Shown here: positions 58,284-64,000 of the stretch, piece after piece
How positions within the stretch are numbered: the stretch's first letter is position 1
Layout of the letters: each line of letters begins with the position of its first letter
NCBI RefSeq assembly: GCF_009914755.1
Contig: NC_060938.1
Source of the DNA: the human T2T-CHM13v2.0 reference genome, Homo sapiens
Reading direction: 5' to 3' (one strand)
DNA length: 64,000 nucleotides
Notes under the pieces: model-generated
What the model was told of the DNA's origin: nothing
Seen by the model: the letters and a program-made list of their open reading frames with translations, nothing else
The model's database searches: none
Position numbers and translations under genes: made by a program

Positions 58284-60307
58284 TGGAATATTTTTAGAAA
58301 CAGAGAGGGTTCTTACGTCTTCTGGAAATCCTATTGAGATGGACAACAAGGGAAGAAACCCTCAGATGAATTTCTACCTACTAGAGGGCTGATTAATATC
58401 ATTTTAAAGCAAATGCTAACACACAAAAAGCTAACATGAAGCTAAAAAAATATAGTGATTCAATACAGAAACCACTCTAGCTCAATCTAGTTTAAAATAT
58501 TATCTAACCATGGAGGGCACTGTCATTGTTCACAGAAGACAGAGTCAATCCCACTCACAACCTTCTGGGAATGTTTAAAAAATGGCATCGCTACATAAAA
58601 ATTATCAATTTTAATAAAATGTAAACTTCCTTGGCCAAGGGTTCTCCCACTAGCACTATGGAATCATGGTTCACTCCTCAGGGTCCATCAGTTATTACCC
58701 TATGACTTGGTAGCTAAAAGGCCCATACGTTTATAGATTTTACACCAAGGGATCATCTTTGTTCTATTGCATGCATGTGTTACAAAATACGGAAAGGGAT
58801 TCCTATGTGATATCCACTCCAATCATGAAGAGTTAAAACTGCCTTTTTACTACATCTTTTCCGCAGTGTCTTCTGATCTTCAACAAGGAAACTGAAAGGA
58901 ACATCAGCAGAAAATACTGCTCTTGAATCATATTGGAAGGAATCTTATCAGAAACTTTTAACTAACTCACTGCACAAAACAGTCAGGCAGTTAATTATTG
59001 GCTTCATGTTTTACAACTGAAGAATCAATTCAGGACAGATGCAGTGGATCTTCCCTATAATCACACCACTTTCAGAAGCAAAGTGAGGGAAATCACATGA
59101 GACCAGGAAATCGAAGCCAACCTGGGCAACATAAAGAGATGCTATTTCTATGAAAAAATATTTTAAAGAATAAGCAGGTGAGGGGTGGCGTTCCCCTCTA
59201 ATTCTAGATATTCAGGAGGCTAATACAGGAAGATTACGTGAGTCCGGAGCTCAAAATTACAGTGAGCTATGATCACACAACTGTACTTTAAGCTGTGGAA
59301 CAGTGTGAGAGCCTGCCTCTAAAAACAAACCAAAAAGAATCAATTAAGAATTCCACACAACTGTAAATCTACTCAAATAGGAGATGCTAAACTGAGCATC
59401 CTCATTGATTGCCTGGCATTTCTGATGTTTTTAAGCAGACGTGTGACCCAAGACCTGCAGAATAAGCTGATAGTCCTTGATTGTGAGAAGCTTCTACCCA
59501 AGACATTAGGCCAGGACCCTAATTCCCCATCCCCTCCTTCTTTTTCTCATTATTATTTCCTTATATTTCTAAAGTCATCTCATTTCTGTAGATCTGGGTC
59601 TTGTCCACCCATACTGAACCCTTATTTCTTTTTCATTATTTTTATTCTTGCTACCTAGAATAAGTTGTCGCTCTATCTTTTGGTGCATGCCTGTTGATTA
59701 CTTAAGGCTCACTCCTCCATCATCTCCTTTTTTGCCACACAAGGTGAATCTAGTTTGGACTCACAGGAGCTTCTTCATTCAATGGCAGTGGGAGTTTCAA
59801 ACCTTATAAACCCCGATCTGTGAGTGGGAAGCCTCACTGTGCCACCACCACTAAACCATTATAAAAACCCTGAGCCAGTCTCCTTTCCTCTTCTTTCAAG
59901 CCATTTTAGATTTTCCTGCGAGACCTGCCCTGCACTCAGCAGACACCTACACTGTGCAGATAATACACTTTTCCATATTCACTTGCTCTGAGCTTATGAC
60001 TTCATCAGACATGACACACACACTAAATCTCAGTTGAGATCTCTTGGCTTTGCATGTTGTCAACTACAACGGATGGTGTGAGCTTGGTGTCACTGTTTCT
60101 TTTTTTTTTTCACAGACGCTTCTCAAAAGAAGACATTTATGCAGCCAAAAGACACATGAAAAAATTCTCATCATCACTGGCCATCAGAGAAATGCAAATC
60201 TAAACCACAAGGAGATACCATCTCACACCGGCTAGAATGATGATCACTGTTTCTATCAACAGTACACACTGGATCCCTGAAACAACTCCAGGACACAGCT
60301 GGACATG

Positions 60308-60664
60308 TGCTATAGATTTGTTTTGTGTCCCCACCTAAATATCATCTCAAATTCTAATCCCCACATGTCAAGGGAGGGACCAGGTGAGAGGTTATTGGAT
60401 CATGAGGGCAGTTTTCCCATGTTGTTCTCATCATAGTGAGTGAGTTCTCACAAGAGCTGATAGTTTAAAACTATGTGTCACTTCCCCCTCTCTCTCCTGC
60501 TGCCCTGTGTGATGTGCCGTGCTTCGCCTTCACCTTCCACCATGATTATAAGTTTCCTGTGGCCTCCCCAGCCATGCAGAACTGTGAGTCAACTAAACCT
60601 CTTTTCTTTGTAAACTCCTCGTCTCAGGTAGTTCTTTATACCACTGTGAAAACGAACTAATATC
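60308..60664 (+). mobile_element. THE1D/MSTA-like solo LTR, copy 3
   Basis: Paralogue of 10560-10916. Confidence 0.85.
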
Positions 60665-61824
60665 ACATGACTGGTGGAGTTTGATAAACTTTCTTAATGA
60701 CAGTTTATAGGGGGGTTGATAGGGTTTGAAACTCCCACTGGCATTGAATGAAGCAGCTCCTATGAGTCCAAACTAGATTCAGCTTGTGTGGCAAAAAAGG
60801 AGATGATGGAGGAGTGAGACTTATAATCAGTGCTAAAGGTAGTACTAATTATACTAGGTAAAATTTGGTATCAAAGCAATTAGACAGAGATAAATAAAAT
60901 ACATGAAAAGTCAGAAACTCCTGAATATACACATGAATGAGTGCTGAACATTTCTGTATTTTTAGAGAAATGCTAGAATACGGCAAAATAATGGCATGGG
61001 GTTAAATAAAAAAATAATAGTCTCCACACGAAGTGTTCAATTTTACAAATATGGTCATAGACATTATCATTATCCACATAGATAACAAGTCAATTACCCT
61101 CAAAATATCCTCTTGTTCTGTAATTCCTCCTTCCTAGACCTTCCCTTCTCCTACAATATTGACAGTGAACTACTGATTTTTATGTAACTTTAGATTACTT
61201 ATCAATACATCAGGTAATAAAAGTTATAGATTTATGTGTGTTGTGGGGTGGCTGTATATAAGTTTCTGTGTGAGAGAGAGAAGGAGGGAGGAAGGAAGGC
61301 AGAAAAAGAGAGGAATCCTACATAATTGACCACAATTTATGAGGTTCTCAAGTAATTATGGGGAATTAGTCCTTACAGACAAGGCTGATATAAGATGGAG
61401 AGGACAACTTGACACACCTAGCTATGGTTATATATTTATATCAATATCATTTTCTAATCATACAAACACATGCATTAGAATAGAGGTAGTGGAGGGTGTC
61501 TGGTGGTGAAACATGATGGTGACACAAAACGCCTCATCCAGCCCCTTTTCACACCAGCTGCACATGCCCTGAGGTTGAGCCTTGAACCTGCTCTTTCTGA
61601 ATCCCCACAATAATCCTGAGCCCCCTGCTGTACCAAGCACCCTTTGGTGTCCTGATTTTCCCCCATGGTTCCTGAGAGCCCCCAGCTACCTGCATGCCTC
61701 TACAATGGTCTTGAGTGCCCCTTGGTGTCCTGAGGGAGCCTGGTGTCCTGAGTAACCCTGGCTGTCCTATGCACCCCCACAGGGAGGCTTGGGTATGAGT
61801 TCACACTGTGGTTTCCTCACTGTG

Positions 61825-62129
61825 TCTTTTGCTCTAAAATACATGGCTATGTGTTTGTTGCTCACATAGTTCACCTGTAAGAAGAAGTACTTTTTGGACA
61901 TGGATCTGGAGATGGTGACTGGACTCTTGAGAAGAGGGGAGTAATCTGTGCTCCCTCCATGACCTATGCACCCGATCCACTCCAGTACCTCCCATGGGGG
62001 CGCTGATGGATGCAGCTCCAGAAGGAAACACTGGTTGTGATGGAGAATGCAGAGATGGCACAGGTGAGGGAGAGGTTCTGTGAAGGCTTCACCAGGCCAA
62101 GAGTGCACCGAGAAATACAGTTGTTGGCA
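61825..62129 (-). pseudogene. IGHVII-33-1: IGHV(II)-33-1 pseudogene
   Basis: Frameshifted VH4-like V; heptamer CACAGTG at 61824-61818; position after IGHV3-33. Confidence 0.82.
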
Positions 62130-63531
62130 GCCACAGGTTCTGGAGAACACGCTGAAATTTCCAAATACTTACATTTCTATGAGAATAACGAGCTCACTTG
62201 TGCTCAATTAGTGAGTCTCCTAGCGTAATGCCGTGGATGCTGATGTTGGATTCAGACAAATATAGGGTCACATTTTTCTCCATACTTGGAACCAAGTAAT
62301 AAAGAGAAACTTATGTCAGGAGAATGGCCATTGAACTATCTCTGTTCATGGTGATTTTCAGAATAGGCTTGAGATGTGATCACCTAAAGGGTGTCGTAAT
62401 ACTTAACCAACAATTAGGCCTGAGCAGCAGTCACAGGCACTGGAGGTCGCCCACATGGAGAAATGTCTGACTCACTGAAGCTGCACCTGGGGGTCTCTGC
62501 AGGCTCTGAGTTGTGCAGAAACAGCTCCTCCCTTAGACTCAGACTGAGGACAATCTCTGCTCATTCTCTGGGGAAGGTGAGGGTTAGTGTGTGGAAAGAA
62601 CCCAACTTACTTTGCTCAAGATCTCTGTACTTGAACAGAAACAAAGAGTAGGAGAAAAAATGATTTCGGTTTTACATAGAATAAATTATCATGAGGAAGG
62701 CAATAATATGTCTGGATCTTGCACAGAATTAAGAAACAATGAATTTGGGGTAAAGTTGAAAATTACAATTTCTTTGCAGATTCTGTTTTTAGTTATCTAT
62801 GTCATCTGCAAAAATGAAGTAAAATCAGGGTTTTTATATAAAAATTCACAAACAGGGTGCTGGCCCTGCGAATGCACCTCCCATCTCTCCAGCATCAGGG
62901 AGCCCAATAGAACAGGCAGCCAGCTGCTGCACTGCACTCTAACACCCGCCACCTGGTGTGTGCCAAAGACACCCATCCTGGGAGCTCCTCCCAGACAGTG
63001 GCTGTGCACAGTGGAGACACTGAGGCATGGCTGCTGCTGGGACGCATTGGACATCCCTGATGGACAACTGTGCTCTGGGAGGCACCAATGGTCTTCCTGG
63101 ACTTATCTTGGACCACAGGGTTGTTAGGGAAGGTCCATCAAACTCCCTTCCCTCTCCAGTACTAGTGGTGAGATTGACATTCTGGGGTGACAGTATCTAC
63201 AGCCCCGCCTGGCCTCCTGTGCATTTTTTGCTTCCATTACTTACATCTGCTTTGGGACAAATGAGAATGTTTCCTCTTCCTATAATAAACTTTTCTAATC
63301 CAGAGATGTCAGGGGTGGCCACAGAAACATAAATGTCCAGAGGCTCCGAGGGGAACTGGTAGATGCAGAGGAGGCCACAGACCCTGAAGGAAAGCAGCCC
63401 ATGATAACCATCTGTACCTGCCCTAGAGCTGCCCGTTTTCAGTGGGTCCTGAGTGCCCCTTTTAGCCCAGCCTCCTCCCTTGTCATTGCAGGAAACTGTG
63501 TCTGTGTTCACACTGATGTCCTCTTACCTGG

Positions 63532-63980
63532 TGCCTCACATACAGTAACACACAGCTGTGCCCTCTGCTCTCAGACTGTTCATTTGCAAATACAGTGAGT
63601 TCTTGGCATTTTCTTTGGAGATGGTGAATTTGCTCTTCACAGATTGGGCATAACATATCTGACTTCCATCACACTGTATATCTACTACTCACTCCAGCCC
63701 CTTCCCTGGAGCCTGGGAAACCGAGCTCATTCAGTAGCTACTGAAGGTTAATCCAGAGTCTGCACAGGAGAGTCTCAAGGATCCCCCAGGTTGTCTTGGG
63801 TCCTCTCCGGACTCCACGAGCTGTACCTCTCACTAGACACCTGCAAACTCGTAGACATCCTGGTCAGAAACTCCCAGACATAATCCACCATTTCTCTCAA
63901 GGGTATCCACTCACGCTCAATCTCTCTAGTTCACCTTTTAAAACAGCAACAGTGAAAACCCAGCTCAGCCCAAGCTCCAT
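63532..63980 (-). pseudogene. IGHV3-33-2: IGHV3-33-2 pseudogene
   Basis: ATG 63980, leader MELGLSWVF..., stops in V exon, heptamer CCAGGTA (63531-63525); diverged from copies 1 and 2 (TATGCCCAATCTGTG). Confidence 0.85.
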
Positions 63981-64000
63981 GGTGGGTCCTCTGTCTTTAG

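Overview
Human (or near-identical great-ape) immunoglobulin heavy-chain variable locus (IGHV, 14q32.33), in the copy-number-variable IGHV3-30 to IGHV3-33 region. All V genes are on the minus strand. The window holds about 2.6 tandem copies of a ~24-25 kb segmental duplication (1-23916, 23917-48954, 48955-64000). There are five intact germline V genes, each with an octamer promoter, leader exon, intron, V exon and 23-bp-spacer RSS: IGHV3-30-3, IGHV4-30-4, IGHV3-30-5 (same sequence as IGHV3-30*18), IGHV4-31 and IGHV3-33. Twelve V pseudogenes (six IGHV3, six IGHV(II)) and many retroelements lie between them. This is an expanded (insertion) haplotype of a well-studied locus, and I find no evidence for a new protein-coding system. 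The observations worth following up are structural: a very young AluYa5 in one copy only, nested inside a TSD-flanked retrocopy fragment that itself sits in an old L1; mosaic identity between the copies, pointing to NAHR or gene-conversion switch points; an older ~12 kb duplication inside each unit; a decayed tandem array of CTCF-like motifs; an L1 insertion that looks like extreme twin-priming; a possible short L1 3' transduction; and copy-specific indels that can tell paralogues apart. Allele, pseudogene and repeat-subfamily names come from recall and gene order, not from a database search.
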